63,969 bases of DNA, filler included, from Gonapodya sp. JEL0774 (GCA_027604505.1; 29 parts of 29 records of this genome joined end to end with filler, not necessarily neighbours in it), one strand, 5' to 3'; shown: positions 11,102 to 24,212, numbered from the whole stretch's first letter. Notes: generated by a model not told the origin, from the letters alone. Numbers and translations: made by a program.

Positions 11102-11740
11102 CATATCTCTGCACTTCACTCAATAACTCATGTTCTTATCGAGGAGTCAGCCTCCGACGATACGTCAAACTCAATCCTCTTACACCCTATCGCAGTCCAG
11201 GAGATTTCACAAGGATTTGTGGACTTTATGCCAGCAGTAGCAACAATGAACATCAAGTGGATTTATGACCCCGGAGAGTACAGCCCAAGGATGGCAAAAA
11301 CTACACTTGAATCCTGGTCTCGCTTCATCCATAAAGTCACAGCCAGGCAGTTTACGTTCACACACGTACTAGACGTATTGACTCTTCAGCAAACGCACGC
11401 AGCTCACCTCGTGTTTGTTGAGAGTCTTGGGAAGGCGTGCCGCGCCATTGGCAAGAAGTGCGTGAACCGTGTGCAAATGTTGCATGAGAACGAGGAAGAG
11501 GTGGATCCAATGGAGAGAGAAGACAGTGGAAATAGCAATGATTGCAGTGCGGCTGATGAACATGGAACCAACCTTGCCGAGGAGGTCGCAGAGTTTAAGC
11601 GGATGATGAATGCTGAAATGGACTCCGATCGTGTGAGTTATGAAAGTGGGGAGCACCCAAACTATCAAGATCTTTCGGAGCTTGAGGATAGCGATATAGG
11701 TGATGGAGAATCATCGTCGTATGAGGAGGACGATAACTAG
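11102..11740 (+). CDS. Hypothetical protein C-terminus with acidic tail
   Basis: Open frame ending in a D/E-rich tail followed by AT-rich 3' sequence; no recognisable motif. Confidence 0.45.
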   Translation, partial: HISALHSITHVLIEESASDDTSNSILLHPIAVQEISQGFVDFMPAVATMNIKWIYDPGEYSPRMAKTTLESWSRFIHKVTARQFTFTHVLDVLTLQQTHAAHLVFVESLGKACRAIGKKCVNRVQMLHENEEEVDPMEREDSGNSNDCSAADEHGTNLAEEVAEFKRMMNAEMDSDRVSYESGEHPNYQDLSELEDSDIGDGESSSYEEDDN

Positions 11741-12310
11741 GGGGTCACGAAGTTGAATATAGGGATTCCGGCCCGGTGCAAATGGATCATCAATCAAATC
11801 ATACTATAAACGGATAGAGTAGTATTAATAAATTTTCACTCAGAGTGTAATCAAAATCTCATGTTCTCGCTTGCAAAATATATATGTGCCTGTGTGATGC
11901 CACGCCTAGGACTCTCTGACCAATAGAGATGTATCATGTGAATATACAGCAAGGAAATAGGCGGCTAGAGTCCAGCTCTGCGCCTGCTCACCTGACCAAT
12001 AGAGTTGACTCTTCTAGGGAGACTTGTCAGGTGTGCGCACTAATACTAGCAGCGGATAATCTACATCTTCCTGTGCACCCTGCACTGCCATTTTACCCCT
12101 TGAGGGTGACATGTGAGAGTCAGAGGAGGTGACGCCCACACGCCATTTGCACGTATTATATATCGGTTCTGACAATCGCGAACTGATCAACGAGTGCCGT
12201 AGCATTCGGTGATATCCAGAAATCACTTTGCGCTTCATCATACATTGTGATCGAACTAGTTGTTGCTGTGTGGCACATTTGTTTCATACCCAATTAGGCG
12301 CGCCCTTCTC

Positions 12311-13218
12311 CTATTTGGTAAACTCGAAGCTCAGGTACGCTCTCTCTACACCTAGCGCCCTCATTTCACTTTGGTCTCTGTCCATCTCTGCTGGGTCACC
12401 ACGCATTCTTCCTTCCCGTTGCTCCATATTTGACAGCTCCATGCTCTTGACCGAGACTTCGGCGAATCCGATTGCCCTTGCAAGTGAAGAAAGTGACGCT
12501 GTTGAGTGAAGGGCGCGAGGTGTTCCTTTGCCATCCGGAGTTGTCCACCAAGAGACGGGCGTTTCCGTTCCCGAGACCCCAACGCAGGTACCAAAGAGAA
12601 TGCCGGAAGGGGCCAAGATTTCGAATAGTTTTGACAGCAGCGCCTTCACTGCATCCTCCGAGAGAACATGTAAGACCGCACCTGCGTACGCGTAGTCAAC
12701 CTTGCGGTCCAGGAATTGCGTGCCAATACTTGGATTAGAAGGTAGAGATGGTGACCGACCAGGAAGAAAGAACTCATCACTTGTGAGGTCTCCAAAAGCC
12801 GTGGAGATTGGAGGTGGGTTTGAATTGTCCTTGAACAGTCGGAGACCAAAGTTCCTGCCGATGGGATGTTGGGACGGTGTATGGTGAAGATCACTTCATT
12901 TTCGATACTCAGCGCTTGCAAGCTATACTCACCAGTACGCGTCAGTCACATCAAGAGCAAGAACGTCTTTCGCTGGCCTGGTTCACCAAGAGTCAGTTCA
13001 GCACAAATTGGAAGGACTTCGACGTAATTTACCAGCCATCGGCCAGCACTTTCCGAGTGTCAGTGCCAAAAGCGCATCCCACTTCCTGTTGAGCAGATGT
13101 GAAATATGACAGGGACTTGATGATGAGTTCACCTTTCGCGTCGCAACTACTAATCGGACCGGCCACTCACCATAAACTTCTTCCCTCCACCTCTCTCGGC
13201 TAACATCTTTTGATAAGT
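12311..13218 (-). CDS. Class I SAM-dependent methyltransferase (fungal AusD-like family), partial
   Basis: Spliced motif I KKFM|EVGCAFGTDTRKVLADG, then DYAYAGAVLH and LAPSGILFG; stop at 12311. Confidence 0.75.
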
Positions 13219-13318
13219 NNNNNNNNNNNNNNNNNNNNNNNNNNNNNNNNNNNNNNNNNNNNTTAATTAATTAANNNNNNNNNNNNNNNNNNNNNNNNNN
13301 NNNNNNNNNNNNNNNNNN

Positions 13319-15434
13319 TTTGCATGGATTCATCCTTACCTCGTAGACGGCCAGGTCTCCTCCCGCCAACAGATTATAGAAACGATCTTCACGATGTTCA
13401 TCATCCGATCAGCACAGAAGCAAGCACCCAGCAAGTCCTATAAGAAATGAAGTCACTTACCTCCTTTCACATCATAAGTGCACGCAACCACCATGTCGTT
13501 TTGTAACACCGGAAAAGCAGTATACAAAACTCTGCCGTCAACTGTGCCCGCCATGCGCGCCGTTCCATCTTCGGTCACGACGATTAACCTTCCAACTGCT
13601 CCAGCGACCCCTGACACTGACCCCTCCGGTAGTTGAATGCGACGGAGAAGCGTAGGGCGGGACAGGAGTGAAAGAAATGGGCGGTGGAAGAGTGAGAGGG
13701 AGTGAGAGGTGACGTTGTGAGTTGTTGAGACAGTAAGGGTGGGACCAGGAAGCAACGCAAGTTGGATAATTGGGTATGTGACCGGAAGGCTTTATTACGA
13801 TCCGCTCGTCAAAACAACAATCGCTCAATGTTGCAGGTTTCAAATACGTACCTGTACACTTCCCTTCCTGTCTCTAAACTCCAGCACCTCAGAACGCCGT
13901 CCTTTCCACCGCTCATTAAAATGGGTATCTTTGGCGTATGATCAGGATAAGGTACCGCAAGAGAAGTCACACCACCCGCGTGCCCCATGATAGTGTGCAC
14001 AGCGTGGCGAAGCGGATCGAGTACCTTAACTTTAAAAAGCAGTCACTCAGCCCGACGATGAATGAATTATCACATCCAAGCCGACTCACTCCGTCCCTCC
14101 ACGCCACCTACGCAAAGATAGCCGTAAGGTTCGTACCAGGCTAAGCAGGTCACGCTGCCTTCGAAAATGTTGCTGTACCTCTCAATTCGAGAGCCTGAGT
14201 CGTATGCGTAGACCTTGCAAGGCACAAACATGGCCATGGGTAACAGGGCAGCTCTTTCACACGGCGCAATGTGTCCTCGTCGGCACTCACTATAATGTCA
14301 CCCCCAACTCCCACAAAAAGTCTCCCTTGATATTCGCTCCTAGTCTCCCTATGCTCCTCCTCAAGTTTCCCCGCAGCAGCAGCAACCAATCCAGCCGGAT
14401 GCTTGGCAAACGCAGACATCCCGCCCGGGCAAAACATCGAGGTGGTGCACCATTCCTCCTGAGCGAGGTCGGTTATTTGAAGGCGGGCAACGAGAGGCTG
14501 GTTGGGAGATGTTGACCTGGGGGGAAGTATCAGGAGATGATTTGGAAAACTGGACATCATATGGATCACATTTATTCCTCACCACTCCCCATCACCCCAT
14601 CCCCATATGCTGAGACTTCCCACCCCACCCACTATAAACTCGTTTGCGGCGTCGACTGGGGTGACATGAAGAGCAGGTGACGGTAGAGGTACAGAAGAGA
14701 GGGGGCGTAGAAAGGTGTCGAACGTCTGTGTTCGGAAGGTAAGCAGATTTAGCCAGCAAAGAAACAAAGAACCATAAATGACTACATACCTTGAAGCACA
14801 TGGTCTTCGTGACTCCAACCACACATCGCCTCGCTTTTGACCACCCCCACCCAACCACATCTGCAACCTCCCGTCCAGCTAGCACCGCCCCGTCCGCTCC
14901 CGGATCATCCACCTTGAAGCCTACATGCGCAGAGATACGTGCAGCTCTGTATGCTCTGGCGCACGCCGAGTCGATGGTCAGTGTAAGGTCCGGGGAGGGA
15001 ACGGGAAGGACTTGGCGGAGGGGAGGATGGGCGACGGGGAGGCTACGAGTGGGAAGAAGGCCATGGAGGAGGCTTGGAGTAAGAGGCGGTGGAGGCGGTG
15101 GAGGTGGAGTGGCTAGCGTGGGGAGTACGACAATACCCCGGGAGGAACGGCGTTGGAGGAGGGGCGGCACTGCTAACATAGCAGATGGTGGGCGTGACGA
15201 AGAAAACGACAAGGAAGCGTGCTCATGGAGGGTATTCCGAGTTAAACCCGTGGTTGGTCGAAGGCTTTGAATGTCAGCAGGTTTTGCTGTTGTTTGAGTA
15301 TTGAAGACGTGGAGGCCGGATGGTGACGACATGCTGTCCTTGTCAAAACCCAAAATAGCCTCAAGTTTGGGTTTGAGTACGTCCCACGATTCAATTATTG
15401 CTCCTTTGTCAATCTTCCGTCGCTTTGTGCCATT
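13319..15434 (-). CDS. WD40-repeat protein, multi-exon fragment
   Basis: GHAGGVTSLA...LMSGGKDGVLRCWSLETG, plus further beta-propeller-like exons. Confidence 0.65.
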
Positions 15435-15534
15435 NNNNNNNNNNNNNNNNNNNNNNNNNNNNNNNNNNNNNNNNNNNNTTAATTAATTAANNNNNNNNNN
15501 NNNNNNNNNNNNNNNNNNNNNNNNNNNNNNNNNN

Positions 15535-16360
15535 CGATTCTGAAAGATCGATGTTGTTCGGGGGAGCAGATGGTGGTGTGATTGAGGATTCCGCGTCGTC
15601 TTACAGGTGTCATTTTCCACAACTAGGATGATTCCAACCCAACGGGAGTCCTTCTGATTCGTCGCGGGCCCCAAGTGGATAGTTCAGGAAAGCTTGCGTT
15701 TCCCGGAGGGTTTATGGAGCTTCACGAAAGTTGGAAACAAGCGGTGGCGAGAGAAGTACTCGAGGTGGGTCACGGTTCGAAACAGTGTTTGTACAGGATA
15801 CCGCAGCGGGAAGTTTCGGAATCACATGACACAAGCTTACACGATGGTCTTGCGTGGACTCGTAACTTGCATGAAGGAAACAAGACTTCGTTTGGATCCC
15901 AATGAGGTAAGCACATCACCGACAAATCATTCATATATTTCCGCGTACGCGCACGTCATCGCTCACCAGTTCCAACTTGCTCTCCAGGCCACGCTGTTCT
16001 ACCACGTATCCGTCCCAGGCACCGCCACCGTTTCCCACCTGCTTACGTTCGCGTTGTTCCCCGCCGTGTCTTACTCGGACTTGCGAATACCAACATTCAA
16101 ACCGGATGGAGAAGTGACAGAGTTGGTTGTGCTGACTGGGATGCCCAGTAAGGGGGAGATGGCGTACGAGAAGCACGAAGAGGTCAGTGACAATATTTTG
16201 ATGTTGAGAGGGCCCGTGTGAACAGCAGGGACTGTGAAAGCGGTTAGACATTGAACCTAATGACTTTGCTCCTTCTTGTCATTTTCAGGCTCTTCGGAAA
16301 TGGTTCGACCAGAATAAATCGATAGTCTCTCCGACAGCACCAACAACCAGCAAAGCATAA
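15535..16360 (+). CDS. Nudix hydrolase, partial
   Basis: Nudix box FPGGFMELHESWKQAVAREVLE|ETRL split by an intron; last exon 16289-16360. Confidence 0.85.
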
Positions 16361-16856
16361 TACGTTGTCATGGCCTGATCCCCGGTGATCCCGTCCTCAA
16401 TTCGGGCTCAGCTTGACAAACAGACTATGGAGGTCTCAAACATCATCCACAACGTTCGATAGTAAATCAATTTTGATGTCAAGTGTGTATAGACTGGCCT
16501 GAAATGCTCATCCCCGGCTATCGTCACAAGTGTGGGTATGGGCAAGTATCATGCGGGTGGACTTGCTACCTCTTGGTGGCCTTGACGACATCCGCGAGAT
16601 GAGCCCATTCGTATTCTCTTTGATACTAGTTTCTTGCTTGAGGAGGCACCATTGGGGGGTGTCTCATAGTTTTGCGGGTTTGGCGAGACTTGGCGGGCAG
16701 AAAGTGAACATTCGCTTCAAGACACGAGTTAAAAATGGCGGGCGAAAAGTTGTGCGTTCAGTTTTGCAGCGAGATTGCGTTGGTTTCAGTCCAGAAGTGA
16801 AGAGTTTATTCGCTTGTGGGTTGTGCGCAGCAGGGAATTCTCCCATTCTTGTAACA

Positions 16857-17649
16857 ATGGACTCTTTAAACCGGTATGGCGCGTCCGACGATGATCAAAG
16901 CAGCGATGGCGATGATGTCCGACAAAAGGGACCCCTATCGAAGAGACTGCGGGTGGACGCTGCTCCGGAAGTTGCCACCGAGGTGAGAGCCCGATACGGG
17001 CACTGGTGACAGAGAATAGACGGCAAGCGGAGTGCTCAAGGATGGCACGAATGAATTGTGCTACTGAGTTTGAACTTACTGGCTTCCGTGCGTCTTTCTC
17101 CTGGCGTCTGCCCTGTCGACCGATTCCATCTTCTCCTCATTGCAGGAAATCACTGCTCACCGACACCTGACCAGCACCAACCAAAAAGAAATCAAGCATA
17201 ATTTACCGTACGAGGACTTGTTTCGACCGGACGTGGGACCCGAAAACCCCTTCAAGACCGTTGCGGAGCAGATGAAGGGAAACACAGTCAACGGTGAGTG
17301 GATAACTTCTGGGGACATCAGAGTCAGTTTCGAGGGAATTCTGTTCGAATTGACAATCGAAAAACGGTCTTTTTGGATTGGCTTCACTTCACGTGTGCCG
17401 CCGAGCAGGCTCTTACGAACCAACAACTGTTGCCGACCATGTCTTCCTGGCCCAACAGCGCACCTTCATGTCTTTTGGCTACGCTGTCGACCCCTCCGCC
17501 CTTGTTGAAGGTGGTGCCCAAGACCGATACGTTGGAGATGTCGTCAAAGCAAACGCACTCGATGGAGCGGATGTCTACGATTCCTTGTCGAAAGAGGCAC
17601 AGCGGAAAGCCCGGGAGTGGGACGTAGCAGTCAAGGACGCAAACCAGCG
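16857..17649 (+). CDS. PRP17: Pre-mRNA-processing factor 17 (CDC40/PRP17) N-terminal region, partial
   Basis: HNLPYEDLFRPDVGPENPF and FLAQQRTFMSFGYAVDPS match the conserved CDC40 N-terminus. Confidence 0.88.
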
Positions 17650-18032
17650 NNNNNNNNNNNNNNNNNNNNNNNNNNNNNNNNNNNNNNNNNNNNTTAATTA
17701 ATTAANNNNNNNNNNNNNNNNNNNNNNNNNNNNNNNNNNNNNNNNNNNNAAATCTTTTACAAATGCGCTCTCACCGTGCAAATCCAGGTCATCAGAATCG
17801 CTGCTGCTCTCCATGAGATTTCTGCTAAGATTTGCAACACGCGGCACCTCTTCAATAGCGTAATTGGTAGATTGATATGTTGCGAAGCTTATGGAGGATT
17901 TTGAAGAATTATTTGCGATGTCCAGGAAGGGTGAACATAGTGTGCGGCGGGCGAAAAACCAGGGTTGCGTTGCGAGTGACTCAATTGTGTTTGTCACAAA
18001 TTGACTCATGAAATATATTCAGCATTATTGTA

Positions 18033-18671
18033 TTACAGTAGTGTGAAAAAATCAGTCCAATCGCAGGCGATTTTACGAGTCAAACAAGCAGAGTTTTGTG
18101 CTCCCAATTCGGGCGCCCGAATTGGGAGGGCTCCCAATATTTTCCCTCGTGCCACAAACCTTGTGTGCACCAAAGTCGTGATAACTAAATTCTGCGCAAC
18201 CTCTCTACTAGATTCCTGTTGTGCCGGATCGGTGACTTGTCTCTCATTAGGCAGAGCCAAAGCCTGCATTCGATCCTTTTGACCGTCCTCTCCTTCCCGC
18301 AATACAAATTTTTCGACGATCGTAGTTTCTTGTGCTCCCGAAATGAACAAATGCGCCTGCAAGTCGCTGGCAGCGGTGTCCACAGCCATCCGACTACTGT
18401 CCGCGAGCACGACCCGTCCGATCGCTCCCCGCGATAAACCGATGAGGAGAGGAAGAATCGACATAGCGCGCTGTCCACATCCAAAGACCACCAAGTTGAC
18501 CGGTGGGCCCTCATACGTCACGGGCGGGGGAGCGTCCTGCGGTCGTTCGAAGGGACGGAAGACCTTGAATGATGGCTTCGGTTCACCGGTCTTTTTGCCA
18601 AAGATTCGTGATAGAGACGAAAGGGCCATTTCAATCTTCGAAGTGCTCATCTCGGTTGTCCAGAACCCCAC
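18033..18671 (-). CDS. Possible Rossmann-fold oxidoreductase N-terminus (Gfo/Idh/MocA-like)
   Basis: NLVVFGCGQRA dinucleotide-binding-like motif followed by VVLAD. Confidence 0.4.
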   Translation of the reverse strand: MGFWTTEMSTSKIEMALSSLSRIFGKKTGEPKPSFKVFRPFERPQDAPPPVTYEGPPVNLVVFGCGQRAMSILPLLIGLSRGAIGRVVLADSSRMAVDTAASDLQAHLFISGAQETTIVEKFVLREGEDGQKDRMQALALPNERQVTDPAQQESSREVAQNLVITTLVHTRFVARGKILGALPIRAPELGAQNSACLTRKIACDWTDFFTLL

Positions 18672-19011
18672 CTAAAGAGACCGCGCAGTTCTGCCGAGAG
18701 TGGCCACATCCGCCCCAGCTCCAATATATCCAGAGTGATCGTCACTGGTGTTTCTCTACCGGTTGAAAAGCATAGCTGTCCTATTACAGTGATTCATATG
18801 TGTTGAAGCTCATGAGAGCTCGGTGGACGCCTGTGAGAGCGAGCAGGAACTGGTACTTAACTCATACACTGCATGTTTGTATCCTCGCGACAGTCGCCAG
18901 TCATGCCGTTGAAGCTCATGATATGGCGTTTTATTCATAATTCATACGGTGCTGCTGTTGGACAAACACACAAGTGACCTCGTCCTCCACACAAAGTACT
19001 TTCGCGAAACG

Positions 19012-19863
19012 ATGCCGACACTGGCATCATTTTCGCCGCCCGGATTCAAGAAATTTTCTTCGCCAGTATCGCTTGTTTCGTCAATCTCGCAACGTTTCAA
19101 CGAAACCGCCTCGGCCGTCGGACTACGAAACGGAAAACTGACGATCGCAAAAGTGGACGGCAAGGAGGAGAAGAAAGACCTGAAGGCCATCTTGACTTCG
19201 ATTCAGGATCTTCCAGACGAAGTCCTGTCCTTTGTGTTCTTGGAGCTCCCCCCCAGAGTGTACTACTCGGTACTTCCTCGAGTATGCAGAAGATGGAACG
19301 CCATCACATCCACTCTTGTCGACAGCGAGAAGCGAGTCCCAGCAGCGTTGGTGATTCAACTGCTGCCACCCCAGTTTGACAACAATACGGCGGGCTCCAA
19401 GATGTACTATAAAGCGAGCATCTTGTCGTCATTCCACGAAGTGTATCCCTCAGCCCCAACGAGCCACGTCTCCCGAACTTCGGAAGTCCCTCTACAGAAC
19501 CCGCAGAACTTACTAGTTGCGCTGAAAGTCTCCATGCTAGCATCGCCTGAAACCGTTTTCAGCTCACTGCGCGGAGAAGGCGACTTGCAGAGCTACGTGA
19601 ACGCGCGACTTGCTGAATGGGGGAGGAAAGGTCCCGCAATGCCGCTTATTCGACCGATCGTTGCTGCTTCATCGCTCAATGCGGAGTGGTGAGTGTCCAT
19701 TCTGTCTGGACGCGAGTCCCGAAGGTGAATGCTCGCAACTATGATGTGGAATTGAGCTCATCGTTGTCTCCATTTCTGTCTGAACTAGGAGTTCCCGGTA
19801 TAATCTCGGGTCTGACTTCCTCTTCTCTCTCGCATCTTTCCTTTCTCGCCCCTTTGCGAATCC
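19012..19863 (+). CDS. F-box protein, partial
   Basis: SIQDLPDEVLSFVFLELPPRVYYSVLPRVCRRWNAI. Confidence 0.8.
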
Positions 19864-20138
19864 NNNNNNNNNNNNNNNNNNNNNNNNNNNNNNNNNNNNN
19901 NNNNNNNTTAATTAATTAANNNNNNNNNNNNNNNNNNNNNNNNNNNNNNNNNNNNNNNNNNNNAAATCTCAGCTCAATTCACTCGGAACCTGAAGTTGCC
20001 CCTCCACCCTCGATCCTTGTCCCTGAACGACCCCGTAGTGCGCCTCCGCAGATTACACTTCCAGCAAACTATCTCGCAACAATCGACACATCGTTTTCAC
20101 CTCTCATTCATCTATCTCGGCGATACTCCCCTGTTCCA

Positions 20139-22077
20139 GTGCCATCTCTTCCGTCATCACCACCGCTTCCTCCATCACCAACACCAGGCTCACACATCGC
20201 GACTCCACTCATCGTAGACCCCGACATCACCATTGATCTCGTCGCAGACACAACTCGCTCACTCTTAACGCTATTAAGTCGCACAGCTCGCACATCTCCT
20301 ACAATGGCCGCTATTACTCCAGTTGCACCGATCCTGACTTTTCCACGCGATGTTAAGGAACTCAAATCCCCGCTCGTAGACTTTGACCCCAAGGATCCCA
20401 TTGGCAGTTTAACTCGATACAATTCATTTATTGATAATGTTAAGAATCACATTAAGCTAAAAGACATTCGCGAGTCCAACCAACGCATCGCTGCAATCGC
20501 GCACAACATTCCTCCCAATGTCCGCAACCGTATGCCAACCGCCACCCTCGGCGATGATCCCGACTGGAACGAGTACCTCAAAGCACTCGATGGCGCTTAC
20601 TTTCCCCGCAACACCTCTATGTGGAATCACGCTCTCGAACAGATGACTTGGGACCCAACACAACGCTTTTCAAATCACGTCATGGAATTCAAAACGATTG
20701 CTCATCGCGCTGGTGTTATCAATCTCAATGACATTTCTACTCTCGACAACCAACTCCGCAATCAGCAGCTTTGGTACTACTTTCAGAAAGCTCTCCCGTC
20801 TAGTCTTCAGATGTACCTGTCAATTAGTGGAATAAAAACTCTCGCTGATCTTACCGACGAACACATCAGTAGCATTGAAGAGAATCCACATCTATCTCCT
20901 TCTCCGTTTGTGTTGCCTCCACCAAACAGACCTGCACCGACCCCTGTATCCGCAGTTCAGGCATCCGACCCCATCACCACGTTGACGCAATCTCTCGATG
21001 AACGTTTTGGCAAAATAGAGAAAACATTTGAAAATGTACACGTAGCAATCGCAGCTCTACAGACCTCCGCAGCTCAATCCCCCGGTACTCCCCCTCGCTA
21101 CGCTCAACAACAGCGTATTCAGACCCCACCCGCTCCTCTCAGAAGTCCCAACGCCAATCTCAACAATCCTCCATTCGCATTTGGCTGTGGATGGTGCGGA
21201 AACACGGCCCATACGATTGAACAACACTTGGACAACCGTTACCTCCCTGGTGGTGCACGTTACGGCACTCATTTCCTCTCGCACGCACGCCCTAACAACC
21301 GGGATAGCGCTCCCCCGCCTGCTCAGAACTACCGTAGGAATAATGGAAACGCTCCCCGCCAAGACAATGCAAACGCAAACAATGGGAACTTCAAATGTTA
21401 CACCTGCCAACAACCTGGACACATCTCACGCAACTGTCCGTATCAGACTCAGATTGTAGCTTTAGCGACTCAATTACAGAATATGCAAACTCAGAATGTG
21501 CGCGCTGCCCTTCCTGCTCCTGCCAATCACGCGAATGGTGCAAACAATGGAACGGCGGGAAACGCTTAGGGAACTTGGCCTCTTCGGACCTCCATAGTTC
21601 CCGTCAACACTCTCACATGGTCCCCACTCTTACGCAATCCCACATATACTTTGAGCCTGAAACACTTGGTTATCTTTCTTGGATTTTCGATTTACACATG
21701 AACGCTTCTTTGGATACACCTGACTCGACGCAGCACTCTCCCCGTGATCCTTCTCTTACAACACTCACAACCTCGCCCGACACAATCACTGAGATACACG
21801 ACTCTTCATCGGATATTGAAATCGTTGGTGGATGGACGAAAAACGATCTTGAGATTCCGCTCGCACAACCCATGCACAGCTTACATCATCCCGACCCGCA
21901 CCCTCAGGATACACATGACATAATCGCACCTTTAGAATCAAATGTAGAGAGAACTGAGACAAATCAACTATCCGAACTCTCAGAGCTACACAACGCTTTC
22001 CCTTTCCTCTGCGTCGCATCTCCCTTCCTCTCGTCGATTGACACTTTTGCATGTTCGAACTCCCCACCTTCCCTGAA
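20139..22077 (+). mobile_element. LTR retrotransposon gag (CCHC knuckle) with an overlapping -1 frame ORF (putative pol start)
   Basis: 476-aa ORF 20139-21569 with CYTCQQPGHISRNC and a capsid-like helical region; the -1 frame stays open from the gag stop to the fragment end. Confidence 0.8.
21557..21602 (+). promoter_or_regulatory. Programmed -1 ribosomal frameshift signal
   Basis: In-frame G GGA AAC heptamer at 21557-21563, 5-nt spacer, stem GGGAACT/AGTTCCC (21569-21575 with 21596-21602) enclosing TC-TTCG-GA. Confidence 0.8.
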
Positions 22078-22559
22078 NNNNNNNNNNNNNNNNNNNNNNN
22101 NNNNNNNNNNNNNNNNNNNNNTTAATTAATTAANNNNNNNNNNNNNNNNNNNNNNNNNNNNNNNNNNNNNNNNNNNNCTTGCCCTGTTGGTTGCTGCATG
22201 GTCTCTTCTTACTGTCTCTATTTGACTAGAACCCGAACCAAAGCGTCAACGCCTTGTATCAACACGGGGGGCAAACTGGGGTGGTTGCGGGATGAGGAGA
22301 GGTAGTGCAAGTGCGAACACGCGAGGTAGTTGCGGGGGAAGGGGGAATGCAAGTGGGATACAGCTCAGAAGGGGTTGGAGCACTGGATCTGTATAGACTT
22401 AAGACCTATATCATGGCATAGCTCTTCACTGAAATTGATATACTTTTGATACAAATATTTGTCTTCCAGATTATTTATGTAGGGGTGGGTGTGGTAACTT
22501 ACAGGGTGGGGGGTGTAAAAAACATAACACCTGGCCCCAGATCATGACATCACAATTTG

Positions 22560-23010
22560 TGGGCTGAGTGAACTCAAATGATATACTTGCACAGCATGGC
22601 AAGTGAATGATTGAGTACAGTTACCTGGACTATTCTCAAAGTTTGTCCCATGTACAGCTTTTGGTCCAAACTACGAACCACACCAAATCTACAGAGACCC
22701 CACCTACTTCCCTGGCAACAGGCACCTTGTTAGACCTTGGAAGCTGCCGCACTTGACGCAAAAGCAGCAGCAGTACAACACGTCAAACAGTGCAGTGAGG
22801 GTGTTGATTGAGTGGGCATGGGACAAGCTGGCAACGCTTTTTGCGTTTTTGAATTACTATCGGACTCTGAAAGGGAAGCTGTCACCAGTAGCGTCTTATT
22901 ATTGTGGTGACATTTTCTTGGCTAATGTTTGCACATGTTTTTATTGGTGTGCAACGAGTGAGAAGTTCAGTGTCAATAACCCCTCAATCAAGACCTATTT
23001 GCAAGTGTAT
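22560..23010 (+). mobile_element. Decayed PIF/Harbinger transposase (DDE_Tnp_4-type) C-terminal part
   Basis: IYRDPTY...HLVRPW..LT...YNTSNSAVRVLIEWAW...LSPVASYY...LANVCTCFY...PSIKTYL; in-frame TGA stops upstream. Confidence 0.8.
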
Positions 23011-23039
23011 ATGGAACAACTTTATATTGAGATACTCTG

Positions 23040-24072
23040 CTACTGTTTGTGGCTTACAAAACTTTTAAACATCTCCATTATCATCTGTTGGTTTGCAGTG
23101 GCCAACTTCAATTGCTCTTCCTCCACAGCCAACTTCCTCTCCTTCATTCTCCTCTGCTCTGCTTGCCTTGCTATCGCCAAGTATCCCTCCTTGCCTTCGC
23201 TGTCCTCCTTCAGTTCCAACTCCTTCATTCTCCTCTCCTCTGCTTGCCTTGCTATTGCCAAGTATCCCTCCTTGTCTTGGCTGTCCTCCTTCAGCAGTTC
23301 CTTGAGCGTAAGAAGGCTGTTCTGGGCATCTGACACAGGCCTCCCCCTTTTCGTCCTGTTTGTGATGTCCTCCACTATCCAATCCTCCTCTTAATCTCAC
23401 ATTGCTAGTGAGTGCTTCTTGGAGAGTGTTTCCATGGCGTTCTGTCTGATGTCTGATGGGGAAGTGTGCCAAAACAGTCCCGAACCAAGAACACTCCCAC
23501 TCACCTGCTGCCAGCTTCATGTCACGTTTCCTATCAGCCAATGCTTTTCCCGTGTTGTTGGCAAGTTTGTCATTGAAGGCGGCTTGCTGTTGTGACATAT
23601 ATATGTAATGGTGATATCCCAAACCCACCCCCGAAACAGATTGGATCACATCACTCACCCCATTGGCATACTCTTCCACCATCACATCCAATGCCAACTT
23701 CTCCTTGTTCTTGCATGTGAGCTTTTTGGAAACCGTGTTCAGCTGCTCCCAGGCAATGAAGAGGGCCTTGACCTAGCGATTGGTGTTCTGGTGGGTGACA
23801 TTCACGTACAGCACCAAGTTCTCCCTCCTCATGGCCTCTGCAAGGTCCATCCAGCACTTCTGCATTGTGTCCTGCTTTTCTGGTGCATTGAAGGGCCGGA
23901 TGTTGTTGGCATGGCGCATGAGGACAAGTGAGGAAGTCGAGTTCCAAGTGAAATACTTGCTGGTGGATATTTCGACAGTAGTATTGGTGATTCCTGAGTC
24001 ACCTCCAACCATCCCGAATCCATACTCCATATGATCCATTCTGACCTGCTTCTCCTTCGATTTCCGGAACAA
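23040..24072 (-). pseudogene. Harbinger partner gene (Myb/SANT-like DNA-binding domain plus coiled-coil tail), disrupted
   Basis: FTWNSTSSLVLMRHANNIRPFNA...KCWMDLAEAM and a charged coiled-coil C-terminus, convergent with the transposase; internal stops. Confidence 0.6.
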
Positions 24073-24212
24073 GGCAGGGCCTGAAGGTGGCGGCTTTGCC
24101 TATTTCTGTGACAATGTGGGTTTGCGTGTGCTGCATGGTCTCTTTGAAAGAGCTCTGGGCTTGTGCGTTGGTGCTGACTCAGTTGTCACGTTGTCAGGTA
24201 CGGGATGGCATC

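Noticed and set aside
23145..23300. Short tandem duplication (LKEDS..KEGYLAIARQAE.RRMKE twice)
   Set aside because: An ordinary internal duplication in the coiled-coil tail of the decayed Harbinger partner gene.
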